Virus record (IMG/VR): IMGVR_UViG_3300042691_042003 | Coordinates: 62,001-126,000 of that record | Length of the DNA: 64,000 nucleotides | Strand: one strand, 5' to 3' | Shown here: positions 55,323 through 64,000 of the stretch, piece by piece | Position numbering within the stretch: position 1 is the stretch's first letter | Layout: every line of letters begins with the position of its first letter | Notes under the pieces: generated by a model | Database searches by the model: none | What the model saw: only the letters and a program-made list of their open reading frames with translations | Told to the model about the DNA's origin: nothing | Made by a program: the position numbers and the translations under genes

Positions 55323-58300
55323 ATGGCCGTAAGACAAGAAGATGTTAATAGCGCTATGTTGTCCATCCTTAAAAAGATGGACAAGATGGTGCAGGCTTCA
55401 GCCGAATCTTATAATAATCAAAATACTATATTAACTTCTATAGAAAAAACTTTTAAAGTTGAAGTTTCTGTAGAATTAAAGAAGCAGACTAAATTACTTA
55501 CTTCTATAAATTCTTCTTTTCTAAAAGAAGAAAAAAGAAGTGAAGCTAGTGTTTTCGATTTTTTTAAAAGAAAATCTTCTGAAGATAGATGGAAAGATAG
55601 CGTATTAAGAAATTTAGAACATCATACTAGATTATTAATTTTAATAAAAAATAAAGAATCCGGAGGAAAGGGAAGTACTAATTTTAATATCCAAACTAAT
55701 CTAGATAAAGTTTTGCTAGCTTTACCAGAGGCTTTATTAAAATTATTAAAAGTTGTTGGAACAGCTTTTTTATTAGGACCAATACTAGAAGAAGGAGCTT
55801 TAGTTTTAACTAAAGTACTTAAAACTTTACTTAATTTTTCTAAAGATGTAAAAATATCTACTGCTCTAAAATCTGTAGTTTTTATAGCAGTTTTAGAAGC
55901 TTCAAAATTAAGAGACTTATTAAAATTATTTAAAGAAGTAGGTGGTATTTTTTCTATATTTACTCTAGGTGATATAGATGGAGGAGCAAAAAGAATTTCT
56001 AGAGCAATTACACATTTACTTTCAATAGGATTACCTACAAAAGAAAATCCGAAAGGATTGAATGTAGTGGATGCTGTATTTTCTTCTTTCGCTATCAATT
56101 TATTAGCAAATGCACCACTTAAAAATTTAATAGACGCTTTAGCAGATCCAATAGATTTTTGGTCCTTAATTGGAGTAGAAAAGGGGACAAAAGCTACAAA
56201 AGCCATGGTAGATTCTATTAGAGGATTATTAAAAATTTCCGAAGGAATTAGATGGCAAGATGTTCTTTGGTCAGTTTTAGCTATAAAATATCTAGCAGAA
56301 TCTCCTATAGGAGATCTAATAAATGCTTTAAAACCTGGATTTTTTGCTACTATGTTCTCTGCTTCTGGAGGAGGAGCAAAAATACAAAGGAGAGCTGAAG
56401 GTTTTGCAGGAGCGATAAGATCACTACTACTAGTATCCGAAGGAATAGAACCAGAAACAATAATTAGTAGTATTGTTTCTATAGGGATTCTAGCTTATAG
56501 TGTAGATGTTTTAATTAGTGCTATGAAAAGCGCTGCTATTTGGAATCCACTTCTAATTATTGGAGTAAAAATAACTAGAAAAATTATTAATACTCTAGTA
56601 GGAGGAATGTCAGAGGTTCTAAAAGATGGAGAAAATTTAGTTTATGCAGGAATTTACCTTGTTCTACTTTCATTCTCTTTAGGAACTATTATGACTATGA
56701 CTGTTGTTGCTGCTCTTTTAGCACCTTTAGTTATGATAGGAGGATTAGTTATTAGATTTACTATTAATCAGCTTTTATCTATTAAAAGATCGGTAGATAA
56801 AGAAAATCTAGATCAAGCGGTAATAACTAAATTTGAAACTTTAGGATTAATAGTTTCTGCTGTTATAGGTGCTATAGCTCTTCTTATAGCTCTTGATAAT
56901 AAAGCTCCTTTAACCGATGTTCTAATAAAAATAGGATTTTTTCTTGTTATTAGTAATGTTTTAACTTTCACAACTCTATTTTTAAGTAAGAAATTATCTA
57001 CTGCAAAACAAGGAGATTTTGACAAATTTGCTTTGATGGCAACAGGTATAACTAATATGATGAATGCAATATCTATAGTTATTCTTTCTAAAGCTTTAGA
57101 AAATCCAGCAGAATCTTTTAAAAGAGTTATTATGTTTGTTGTTCTTTTTGCAGCAATTTCATTTTCAACAATGTATACTGTAAGTCTTTTAACTAAGACT
57201 AAAAAAGGAAATTTTGATTCTTTAGCTTTACTTTCTACCGGTATAACAAATATTCTTAATGCTATAGCTGTTGTTATACTTTCAAAAGCTTTAGAAAATC
57301 CTCCAGATTCTTTTGCTAAAGTATTTATGTTTATTTTAATATTTGGAGCTTTAGTTCTGACTACGAGTTTAGCAGTAAAACAAATACAAAATGTTAAATT
57401 CCATTCTATTATTGCTTTTGGAGTATTAGTTATTTCTATGGTTGCAACCGTTGCATTAGTTATTCTATTTATGAATGCATATGGAACAGGGTCTATCCAA
57501 AATATTATAATGTTTTCTCTCCTATTAGGAGCTATTGCCTATGCTGCTTCTTTCTTTTCTAAAAAATTAGGAACAAAAAATGCATTTAATCAAATTTTAA
57601 AAGCTTCATTAGCAATAGTCATATTTTCGACTGCTATTACTTTAGTAGCTTTAATGATTAATAATTTTGTTTCTATGGTAGATCCTTTATCGGTTTTATC
57701 TCTTTTAGTAACTATATCAGCAATTTCATATATAGCTATGCATATAGGGAAAAAAGAAAAAGATATAATGAAAGGAGCTAAAGCTTTTGGAGCTATATCT
57801 TTATCGTTAACTCTATTTATTGCTCCTCTATATCTTTTTGCTAAATCAGGATTTGGATTAATGGAAGCTTTATCTCTAGGATTAATTCTTTTAGGAGTTA
57901 CGGGAGTATTTTTCTTAGCAGGAAAAAAAGAAAAAGATATAAAAAGCGGAGCTCTAGCTTTAGGACTAGCAGGATTAGCATTAATACCTATCTCATTTTC
58001 TTTATCCATTTTTGCTAAATCAGGATTTAGTATTGAAAATTCTATAGCTCTTTCTTTATCACTTATAGGAATGGCTTATGGATTTGCTTTAGCAGGGAAA
58101 AAATGGAAAGATGTTCTGAAAGGTGCTCTAGCTTTAAGTATTGCAGGATTAGCATTATTTGCAATCACTCCTTCTCTAATGAATTTTGCTAAATCTGGTT
58201 TTAGTATTGAAAATTCTATAGCACTCTCGATATCACTTATAGGAATGGCATTCGGATTTGCTTTAGCAGGAAAAATGTGGGTAAATGTTTTGAAAGGTGC

Positions 58301-60443
58301 TCTAGCTTTAAGTATTGCAGGATTAGCATTATTTGCAATCACTCCTGGATTAGCAGTATTTGCTATGTCGGGATTTGGAATTATGAGTGCTCTTTCATTA
58401 ACTCTTGTTCTTTTAGGTATGTCAGTAGGATTTGGTTTTGCAGGTATAATGTGGAAATCTATCATGAAAGGTGCTCTAGCTTTAACTATTGCAGGAATAT
58501 CTTTATTGCTAATAACACCAGGATTAGCAGTATTTGCTATTTCAGGTTTTGATCCTATGAGTGCTCTTTCATTAACTCTGGTTTTAATTGGTATGTCAAT
58601 AGGTTTTGGATTTGCTGGAATGATGTGGAAATCTATTATGAAAGGTTCTATCGCCTTAATTATTGCAGGAATATCTTTATTGCTAATAACACCAGGATTA
58701 GCAGTATTTGCTATGTCAGGATTTGGAATTATGAATGCTTTATCCCTTACCGTTGCTTTAATAGGTATATCAATCGGTTTTGGATTAGCTGGAATGATGT
58801 GGACTTCTATCATTAAAGGAGCTATTGCTTTAACTATAGCAGGATTATCTCTATGGCTAATAACACCTCCTTTAGTACTTTTTGCTAAATCTGGATTTAC
58901 TATAATGGATGGATTAACTCTAGCAGGAACTTTAGGATTAATAGCGGTAGTTTTTGGATTAACTGGAGTTTTCTTTGCCCCTGTTGCTTTAGGAGCAGTT
59001 GCTTTAGGACTTTCTGCAATTGCTATATGGCTAATGACTTATGCTTTAAAAGAATTCCAATCTCTTAATTGGACCGAAAAAGATAGCGATAAATTAACTT
59101 ATACTATAAAATCCGTATTAGGTGCTCTTTCTGGTACGAGTGATAAAAAAGGTATAATGGATAATATAACAGGAGCTGTAGGACAAGGCTTACAAGCTAT
59201 TATGGCTCTTCTTTCTGCAGGACCTCTTCTAGTAGGATCTGCTGCAATTTGGTTAATGTCTGTAGCATTAGAAAAATTCCAATCAATTAATTGGGGATCT
59301 TCTGATAATGAACATTTAGCTTTAACTATATCTGCAGTACTAGGAGCTCTTTCTGGAAGTGCTCCAAACATACCAAAAGCTAATGTAGCAACAAGGATGT
59401 TAGATACGATAATAGCCTTTATGGGAGCAGGAGCTTTAGTTGTAGGATCCGCTGCAATTTGGCTAATGTCTGAAGCTTTAATTAAATTTAAAACTGTCGG
59501 TTGGGATAAAACACAAAATTCAGTATTAGGAGATACTATTAGTTTACTTTTAGGTACTCTTTCTGGTAGTTCTCCTAGTGGAGCAGGAGCTGCTTCAGGG
59601 AAACGTGATATATTGGATATAATTATTTCATTAATGTCAGCTGGAGTTTTAGTATTCGCTGCTGCATCTATATGGTTACTTTCTGAAGCTTTACTTAAGT
59701 TTAAATCAGTTAAATGGACTGCTAACGATACTAAACAACTATCATTCACTATGAATGAAATCCTTTCGGTAATGACAGGAGCAGAAAAAGATGGTGGACT
59801 TTTCGGTGCAATTACAGGTGCAGCAAAAAGTCTTATAGGTTCTGTAGGTAGTGCAGGTAATGCTACATCTTTAGGACTTGCTTCTTTATCGATAATTAAA
59901 TTATCTGATGCTTTACTTAAATGGAAGAATTTAGGATGGGATAAAAATCAAACTAGTAATTTAAGAAATGCAATAGATCAAATTCTGCTTGCATTTAAAT
60001 CCAGCACTCCAGATGGATTGGAATCAGTTGCAGATAATTTTGACAAAATTCAAAATTCTATGAAGCTTCTTAAAGGTCATATAAATGATATGGATCTTAA
60101 GAAACTTACACTTACTGATTCAATGATGAGATCCATTGCTATGCTTTCTAAATCTCCTGAAGCTATAGGACAAAAAATAGCAGAATCTATCGATAAAGCT
60201 TTTGAAGATCTCGCTAAAGCTATCGCTGAATCTATTGGAGAAATTAAATCCGAAGGAGGAGGAGCCGCAGGAGCTGTAGAAACTACAGCTGCACCAGCCA
60301 AAGGATCTCCTGCTCCAGGTGCACCAGCTAAAGGATCTCCTGCTCCTCCTCAAGGTAAAATGCCTACCGCTTCAGAAATAGGCAATGCAGTTTCTAATGC
60401 TCTATTAGCATCAACATTAAAAGTAAGAGTAGTTACTCCTTAA
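55323..60443 (+). CDS. Tape measure protein
   Basis: 1706 aa Ala/Gly/hydrophobic helical repeats directly after hub chaperone genes. Confidence 0.75.
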   Translation: MAVRQEDVNSAMLSILKKMDKMVQASAESYNNQNTILTSIEKTFKVEVSVELKKQTKLLTSINSSFLKEEKRSEASVFDFFKRKSSEDRWKDSVLRNLEHHTRLLILIKNKESGGKGSTNFNIQTNLDKVLLALPEALLKLLKVVGTAFLLGPILEEGALVLTKVLKTLLNFSKDVKISTALKSVVFIAVLEASKLRDLLKLFKEVGGIFSIFTLGDIDGGAKRISRAITHLLSIGLPTKENPKGLNVVDAVFSSFAINLLANAPLKNLIDALADPIDFWSLIGVEKGTKATKAMVDSIRGLLKISEGIRWQDVLWSVLAIKYLAESPIGDLINALKPGFFATMFSASGGGAKIQRRAEGFAGAIRSLLLVSEGIEPETIISSIVSIGILAYSVDVLISAMKSAAIWNPLLIIGVKITRKIINTLVGGMSEVLKDGENLVYAGIYLVLLSFSLGTIMTMTVVAALLAPLVMIGGLVIRFTINQLLSIKRSVDKENLDQAVITKFETLGLIVSAVIGAIALLIALDNKAPLTDVLIKIGFFLVISNVLTFTTLFLSKKLSTAKQGDFDKFALMATGITNMMNAISIVILSKALENPAESFKRVIMFVVLFAAISFSTMYTVSLLTKTKKGNFDSLALLSTGITNILNAIAVVILSKALENPPDSFAKVFMFILIFGALVLTTSLAVKQIQNVKFHSIIAFGVLVISMVATVALVILFMNAYGTGSIQNIIMFSLLLGAIAYAASFFSKKLGTKNAFNQILKASLAIVIFSTAITLVALMINNFVSMVDPLSVLSLLVTISAISYIAMHIGKKEKDIMKGAKAFGAISLSLTLFIAPLYLFAKSGFGLMEALSLGLILLGVTGVFFLAGKKEKDIKSGALALGLAGLALIPISFSLSIFAKSGFSIENSIALSLSLIGMAYGFALAGKKWKDVLKGALALSIAGLALFAITPSLMNFAKSGFSIENSIALSISLIGMAFGFALAGKMWVNVLKGALALSIAGLALFAITPGLAVFAMSGFGIMSALSLTLVLLGMSVGFGFAGIMWKSIMKGALALTIAGISLLLITPGLAVFAISGFDPMSALSLTLVLIGMSIGFGFAGMMWKSIMKGSIALIIAGISLLLITPGLAVFAMSGFGIMNALSLTVALIGISIGFGLAGMMWTSIIKGAIALTIAGLSLWLITPPLVLFAKSGFTIMDGLTLAGTLGLIAVVFGLTGVFFAPVALGAVALGLSAIAIWLMTYALKEFQSLNWTEKDSDKLTYTIKSVLGALSGTSDKKGIMDNITGAVGQGLQAIMALLSAGPLLVGSAAIWLMSVALEKFQSINWGSSDNEHLALTISAVLGALSGSAPNIPKANVATRMLDTIIAFMGAGALVVGSAAIWLMSEALIKFKTVGWDKTQNSVLGDTISLLLGTLSGSSPSGAGAASGKRDILDIIISLMSAGVLVFAAASIWLLSEALLKFKSVKWTANDTKQLSFTMNEILSVMTGAEKDGGLFGAITGAAKSLIGSVGSAGNATSLGLASLSIIKLSDALLKWKNLGWDKNQTSNLRNAIDQILLAFKSSTPDGLESVADNFDKIQNSMKLLKGHINDMDLKKLTLTDSMMRSIAMLSKSPEAIGQKIAESIDKAFEDLAKAIAESIGEIKSEGGGAAGAVETTAAPAKGSPAPGAPAKGSPAPPQGKMPTASEIGNAVSNALLASTLKVRVVTP
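57740..58960 (+). repeat. About 7 tandem 174-bp (58-aa) repeats inside the tape measure gene
   Basis: FAxSGF...ALSL.L.L.GM..GF..AG..W..I.KGALAL.IAG unit; CTAAATCAGGATTT at 57841 and 58015. Confidence 0.85.
60291..60348 (+). repeat. 2 x 30-bp repeat encoding APAKGSPAP
   Basis: Read directly from the sequence. Confidence 0.85.
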
Positions 60444-60462
60444 AAACTAAAATAAAAAATTT

Positions 60463-61218
60463 ATGGCTAGAAAATCCAAATCTCTTTCTCAAGAAGAACA
60501 ACAAGAAATTTTTGATTCTATTATGAATCAACCTAATCAATCTCTTAAAAATGCAAAAATCGATTTAAAATTTAAAAATCCTAATCAAAAACTTTTTGCT
60601 GAGTATATAGAAGAAAAGGAGGTTATAATTTGTTCTGGACCTGCAGGAACCGGTAAAACTTATATTGCTTGTGCTCAAGCACTTAAGCTTCTTAAAAATG
60701 ATGAACGTTTTAAAAAGATTTATATTGTAAAATCAGTTACAACTCTTAAGGATGAAGAAATTGGTTATTTAAAAGGCTCTATGGAAGAAAAGATGGAGCC
60801 TTTTGTGTATTCTTTTATTCATAATTTTGAAAAGATCGTAGGTAAATCGGTTATTAATTCTATGAAAGAAAATGGCACAATACAAATTATGCCGATTGCT
60901 TATTTAAGAGGGATAAATTTTGATGATTGTATAGTTCTTATTGACGAATGTCAAAACATTACACCTGATAATATGCATACAATTATGACTCGTTTAGGAT
61001 CTAATTGTAAGATGATTTTTATGGGAGATGCTGCTCAGATAGATCTCAGAAATAAAAGAAATTCTTCTCTTCAGCTAATTATGGATCGTTTTTCTAGATT
61101 AACAGAATTTGGATGTATGAATTTTTCTAATCATGATATTGTTAGAAATCCTCTAATCAAGAAAATAGAAGAAATATTTAATAACATTTCTGAAACTAGT
61201 AAAAAGCCACAATCATAA
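60463..61218 (+). CDS. phoH: PhoH-family ATPase
   Basis: GPAGTGKT, IGYLKG, YLRG, DECQN, TRLG, GD..QID, DIVRNP. Confidence 0.94.
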   Translation: MARKSKSLSQEEQQEIFDSIMNQPNQSLKNAKIDLKFKNPNQKLFAEYIEEKEVIICSGPAGTGKTYIACAQALKLLKNDERFKKIYIVKSVTTLKDEEIGYLKGSMEEKMEPFVYSFIHNFEKIVGKSVINSMKENGTIQIMPIAYLRGINFDDCIVLIDECQNITPDNMHTIMTRLGSNCKMIFMGDAAQIDLRNKRNSSLQLIMDRFSRLTEFGCMNFSNHDIVRNPLIKKIEEIFNNISETSKKPQS

Positions 61219-61230
61219 AATTAAAAAAGC

Positions 61231-61740
61231 ATGAAAACATTTTTTACGAGTGATACTCTATTTGGGAGAAATTATATAGCTCTTGAAAGAGGATTTGAAT
61301 CTGAAGAAGAAATGGCTGATGCTTATATCACAAATTGGAATGAAAAAATTTCTAAAGAAGATATTGTCTATCATCTAGGAAATTTTTCTTGGGATCCGAT
61401 TTCTTGTGAAAGTACTATGTCCGTTTTAAATGGTAAAATCCATTTTATTATGGGACCTTACGATACACATCTTCCTCAAATGTCTATGATTAAATTAAAT
61501 AGACATGTAATTGTTCAAAATCAAATTTCTTACATACATAATAAAAAAGCAATTATTTCTCATTGGCCTCTTTTAGATTGGCCAGGTAAAGAAGAAGGAA
61601 TAATACATGTACATGGAGGTAATTTTGAAACCGAAGCAAAACTAAATTCTTTCCGATTTAATGCTAACATTAGCTCTTGGAATAGTGGACCTATTGAACT
61701 AGATTTTCTTTTAGATATCGTTAAATCATACAATTCATGA
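61231..61740 (+). CDS. Calcineurin-like metallophosphoesterase homologue with degenerate metal ligands
   Basis: FTSDTLFG, WNE.I...D.VYHLGNF, GPYD, SHWP, HVHGG. Confidence 0.75.
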   Translation: MKTFFTSDTLFGRNYIALERGFESEEEMADAYITNWNEKISKEDIVYHLGNFSWDPISCESTMSVLNGKIHFIMGPYDTHLPQMSMIKLNRHVIVQNQISYIHNKKAIISHWPLLDWPGKEEGIIHVHGGNFETEAKLNSFRFNANISSWNSGPIELDFLLDIVKSYNS

Positions 61741-62123
61741 AAAAAGATTTAATTCTTTTCCGAGGCTTACCTGGATCAGGTAAGTCTACTTTGGCATCTC
61801 TTCTTTGTGATGTTCATTATTCAGCTGATATGTTCTTCGAAAAAGACGGAGAATATAAATTTGATATTTCTCTTATTAAAGAAGCTCATGAATTTTGTAA
61901 AGAGAAAGTAGAAGAAGCTATGGCTGAAGGAGTAGGAACTATTGGTGTTGCTAATACATTTACTATGGATTGGGAAATGGATCCTTATTTCTTTCTAGCA
62001 GAATATTTCGGATATCAAATTCATACCGTAATAGTAGAAAATCGACACGGTTCCAAGAATATACATAATTGTCCTGAAGAAAAAATAAAGATGATGAAAG
62101 ACAGATTTAGCATTAATTTATAA
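61737..62123 (+). CDS. P-loop kinase (AAA_33 / polynucleotide-kinase-like)
   Basis: RGLPGSGKST, SADMFF, AHEFC, VANTF, NIHNCP. Confidence 0.88.
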   Translation: MKKDLILFRGLPGSGKSTLASLLCDVHYSADMFFEKDGEYKFDISLIKEAHEFCKEKVEEAMAEGVGTIGVANTFTMDWEMDPYFFLAEYFGYQIHTVIVENRHGSKNIHNCPEEKIKMMKDRFSINL

Positions 62124-62126
62124 AAA

Positions 62127-62181
62127 TGTTAATAACTTTTTCAAAACTATTTTTATTTTTGGAATATATTTATTATATTTG
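62127..62181 (+). promoter_or_regulatory. Host-type early promoter upstream of the phage sigma gene
   Basis: TGTTAATAA 62127; TATATTTG 62174-62181. Confidence 0.72.
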
Positions 62182-62198
62182 TATATCTTAAAATTCAT

Positions 62199-62807
62199 AT
62201 GGCAAAAAAACAAAAAACAGATTCTCTCAAAGATCTCGGCTATCAGTTTAAGCAAACTCGATCCGAAAAAGTATTTACCGAGCTTTATAATCGAATCAGA
62301 CCAGGACTTTATAATTACATTTTCCAAATCGTTAAGAATAATGACGATACCGAAAATCTAATTTCTCACGTAATGTCTACTGTCTATAACAAGATCGATA
62401 CATACGACCCTAAATGGCATATTTCAACTTGGATTTATCGAATTGCTTATACATGCGCTTGCATGGAATTACGCTTCCGTAAAGCAAGAAAAATCACTCA
62501 TATGTCTCAATTAGAACAATCAGAAAACAAAAATCTGATCTCTAAAATCGAATTCGAATCTCTTGAAACTTATAAAGATGATCTAATTCTTAACGAAGAA
62601 ATTCAAGAGAAAGAAAACGATACGAATCGTCTACATTCTATTATCAAAAATCTACCTGAAGAATATCGAATCGTAATTGAAGAAAAATTCTTTAACGATA
62701 TGAAATATGATGAAATTGCACAAAAGCTAAACATACCTCTTCATACTGTTAAAAACCGAATCTCTCGAGGAAAAAGAATTATTAAAGAGAAGTACGGGAA
62801 TATATAA
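62199..62807 (+). CDS. Sigma-70 family (ECF-like) RNA polymerase sigma factor
   Basis: Region 2 FTELYNR...YDP...STWIYRIA; region 4 LPEEYR....MKYDEIAQKLNIPLHTVKNRISRG. Confidence 0.92.
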   Translation: MAKKQKTDSLKDLGYQFKQTRSEKVFTELYNRIRPGLYNYIFQIVKNNDDTENLISHVMSTVYNKIDTYDPKWHISTWIYRIAYTCACMELRFRKARKITHMSQLEQSENKNLISKIEFESLETYKDDLILNEEIQEKENDTNRLHSIIKNLPEEYRIVIEEKFFNDMKYDEIAQKLNIPLHTVKNRISRGKRIIKEKYGNI

Positions 62808-62820
62808 ATAAAAAGGATTC

Positions 62821-63117
62821 ATGAAAAATACAAAACTTCCTTCTTTCAAAGAATTTAATAAGACTTTTGAAGATGTAAAAGTTGAAGAAGCTATGGGTGT
62901 TGCTTCTAAAAAGCTACAAAAGGCAACTGAAGAATTCCATAGTGCTCAATTAGAACTTCAAAAGCTACAAAAACAATTTGTAGGTCTTGCTAAAGATGAT
63001 TCAAAAAGAGAAAGCATGAAACAAAGCATCCTTAATCAGCATAAAATAGTAAAACAAAAGGAAGCAATATTTGCTAAAGCTCTCGGTGATGAAGATATTG
63101 AAGACCTTGAAATCTAA
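62821..63117 (+). CDS. Coiled-coil protein with leader-like N-terminus (MKNTKLPSFKEF)
   Basis: Late-type AATATATAA upstream; VEE/A site. Confidence 0.62.
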   Translation: MKNTKLPSFKEFNKTFEDVKVEEAMGVASKKLQKATEEFHSAQLELQKLQKQFVGLAKDDSKRESMKQSILNQHKIVKQKEAIFAKALGDEDIEDLEI

Positions 63118-63121
63118 ATTA

Positions 63122-63604
63122 ATGTGGTTTAATTTTTGGAAATGGCCTAAAGAACTAATTGACGATTATCGTCAATGGTCTGTAGTTAAAGAAGCTTTAC
63201 AAGAAGAAGATACAAAGCAGAAATTCGCAAATTTTAAATATGAAATGCGAATTGATAAAATAGGAAGAATATACACGGTTATTAATGTACCCGATGAACT
63301 TCTTCCTTTCGAATTTCGTAATCAAGTTTGGCCTTGGGTTTTAGATCAATTAAGAGAAATAGATGAACTTCTTCTTTCTTGTAGATTAAATGATTTAGTT
63401 TATCCTGAAGTACAAAAACTTGAAGAATATCCTGCATATTTAGTAGTTCTCACTCCTTCTACCGAATCTTTGGAGTGGGCCAAATTTTTTGGTTGGATTT
63501 TTAATTGTGTATTTACTTCTTCGTTTCTTTTCCTTACAAATAAGATAATTACAAAAACAACAGAAAAGTCTGCTATAGATTTTATTATATCTCTTTTTAA
63601 TTGA
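63122..63604 (+). CDS. Hypothetical protein with C-terminal hydrophobic segment
   Basis: ATG 63122; RIDKIGRIYTVINVP. Confidence 0.68.
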   Translation: MWFNFWKWPKELIDDYRQWSVVKEALQEEDTKQKFANFKYEMRIDKIGRIYTVINVPDELLPFEFRNQVWPWVLDQLREIDELLLSCRLNDLVYPEVQKLEEYPAYLVVLTPSTESLEWAKFFGWIFNCVFTSSFLFLTNKIITKTTEKSAIDFIISLFN

Positions 63605-64000
63605 AAACGACAGTTGGAGACCACGGCAAAGGACGTTACTACGTGGTTGATGAAGACAGGAACATTAAGCTCCCTTCCGTAACGACAATACTTACCGAAA
63701 CTTCGGATAAATCAGCATTGGATGCTTGGGTAAAGCGTATAGGACAAGCTGAAGCCGATAAAATATCCACATTTTCTGCAAATCGAGGAACGTTCATGCA
63801 TTCACTTCATGAACATTACCTTTCTGCTAGATTTATTGAAAATCTAGAAAATCCCTTACAAATTTGTTTTAAAAGAGCTATTGAAGAATGCTCTTCTCTT
63901 ACTAAAGAAGAAATGGAAGTAGGGAAAAATCTTTTTCTTAATTTCCATAATAGCTCAGATTTTTATGAAAATGTAAAAGAAATTGCATTTCAAGAAGAAC
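63601..64000 (+). CDS. PD-(D/E)XK exonuclease (phage exonuclease / Cas4-like), 3'-truncated by the window edge
   Basis: Manual translation from TTG 63601: GRYY...LPSVTTIL...L.AW..RIG..EA..IS...ANRGTFMH...E. Confidence 0.8.
   Translation, partial: MKTTVGDHGKGRYYVVDEDRNIKLPSVTTILTETSDKSALDAWVKRIGQAEADKISTFSANRGTFMHSLHEHYLSARFIENLENPLQICFKRAIEECSSLTKEEMEVGKNLFLNFHNSSDFYENVKEIAFQEE

Noticed and set aside
55622-60353. Long antisense ORFs (up to 245 aa) within the tape measure gene
   Set aside because: Mirror of the repetitive sense-strand codons; no promoter or independent coding signal
1-64000. Stop-codon reassignment as seen in some Bacteroidota phages
   Set aside because: Core genes are intact under the standard code; TAA, TAG (e.g. 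1866, 37438) and TGA all end genes at sensible positions
1-64000. Introns, inteins, homing endonucleases and tRNA genes
   Set aside because: nrdA part, helicase, terminase and topoisomerase are uninterrupted and of normal length; no HNH/GIY-YIG/LAGLIDADG motif or cloverleaf seen by eye (tRNAscan not run)
63601-64000. Cas4-like nuclease as part of a CRISPR system
   Set aside because: Matches the stand-alone phage exonuclease pattern; truncated and no array or cas genes nearby
1-64000. Cellular chromosome, prophage or giant eukaryotic virus origin
   Set aside because: Complete T4-like structural and replication gene set, no integrase or host housekeeping synteny, bacterial-type sigma factors and terminators

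Overview
AT-rich, densely coding 64-kb segment of a large T4-like (myovirus-type) bacteriophage. Almost all genes are on the + strand and use the standard genetic code. The window holds the core replication/recombination genes (nrdA, clamp, C-terminal half of a split family-B polymerase, UvsX, helicase, gp47/gp46, clamp loader, RNase H, type II topoisomerase), the head, neck, tail and packaging genes (gp15, gp4, gp2, portal, a protease-scaffold fusion, major capsid, gp14, terminases, sheath, tube, gp26/gp51, tape measure), two phage sigma factors, and auxiliary enzymes (SpeD, GuaC, PhoH, Fpg/Nei, amino-sugar enzymes). TAnnTTTG promoter boxes and A-rich starts without Shine-Dalgarno sites point to a Bacteroidota host (inference). 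Main observations: (1) about 15-17 otherwise unrelated proteins, including a tandem array of eight, share an N-terminal leader MKxIxSF(D/E)EF(L/I)NE that resembles the T4 capsid-targeting sequence, and one tagged cargo is a RimK ATP-grasp ligase fused to a retropepsin-like (RimB-type) protease; (2) three distinct promoter motifs map onto early, replication and structural genes, suggesting a host-sigma > phage ECF-like sigma > gp55 cascade; (3) two small ORFs missing from the ORF track (ArfA-like and R67/DfrB-fold-like); (4) TCGA-rich, TAGA-poor genes downstream of the host-type promoters. All product calls come from motif recognition by eye; no database search was run.
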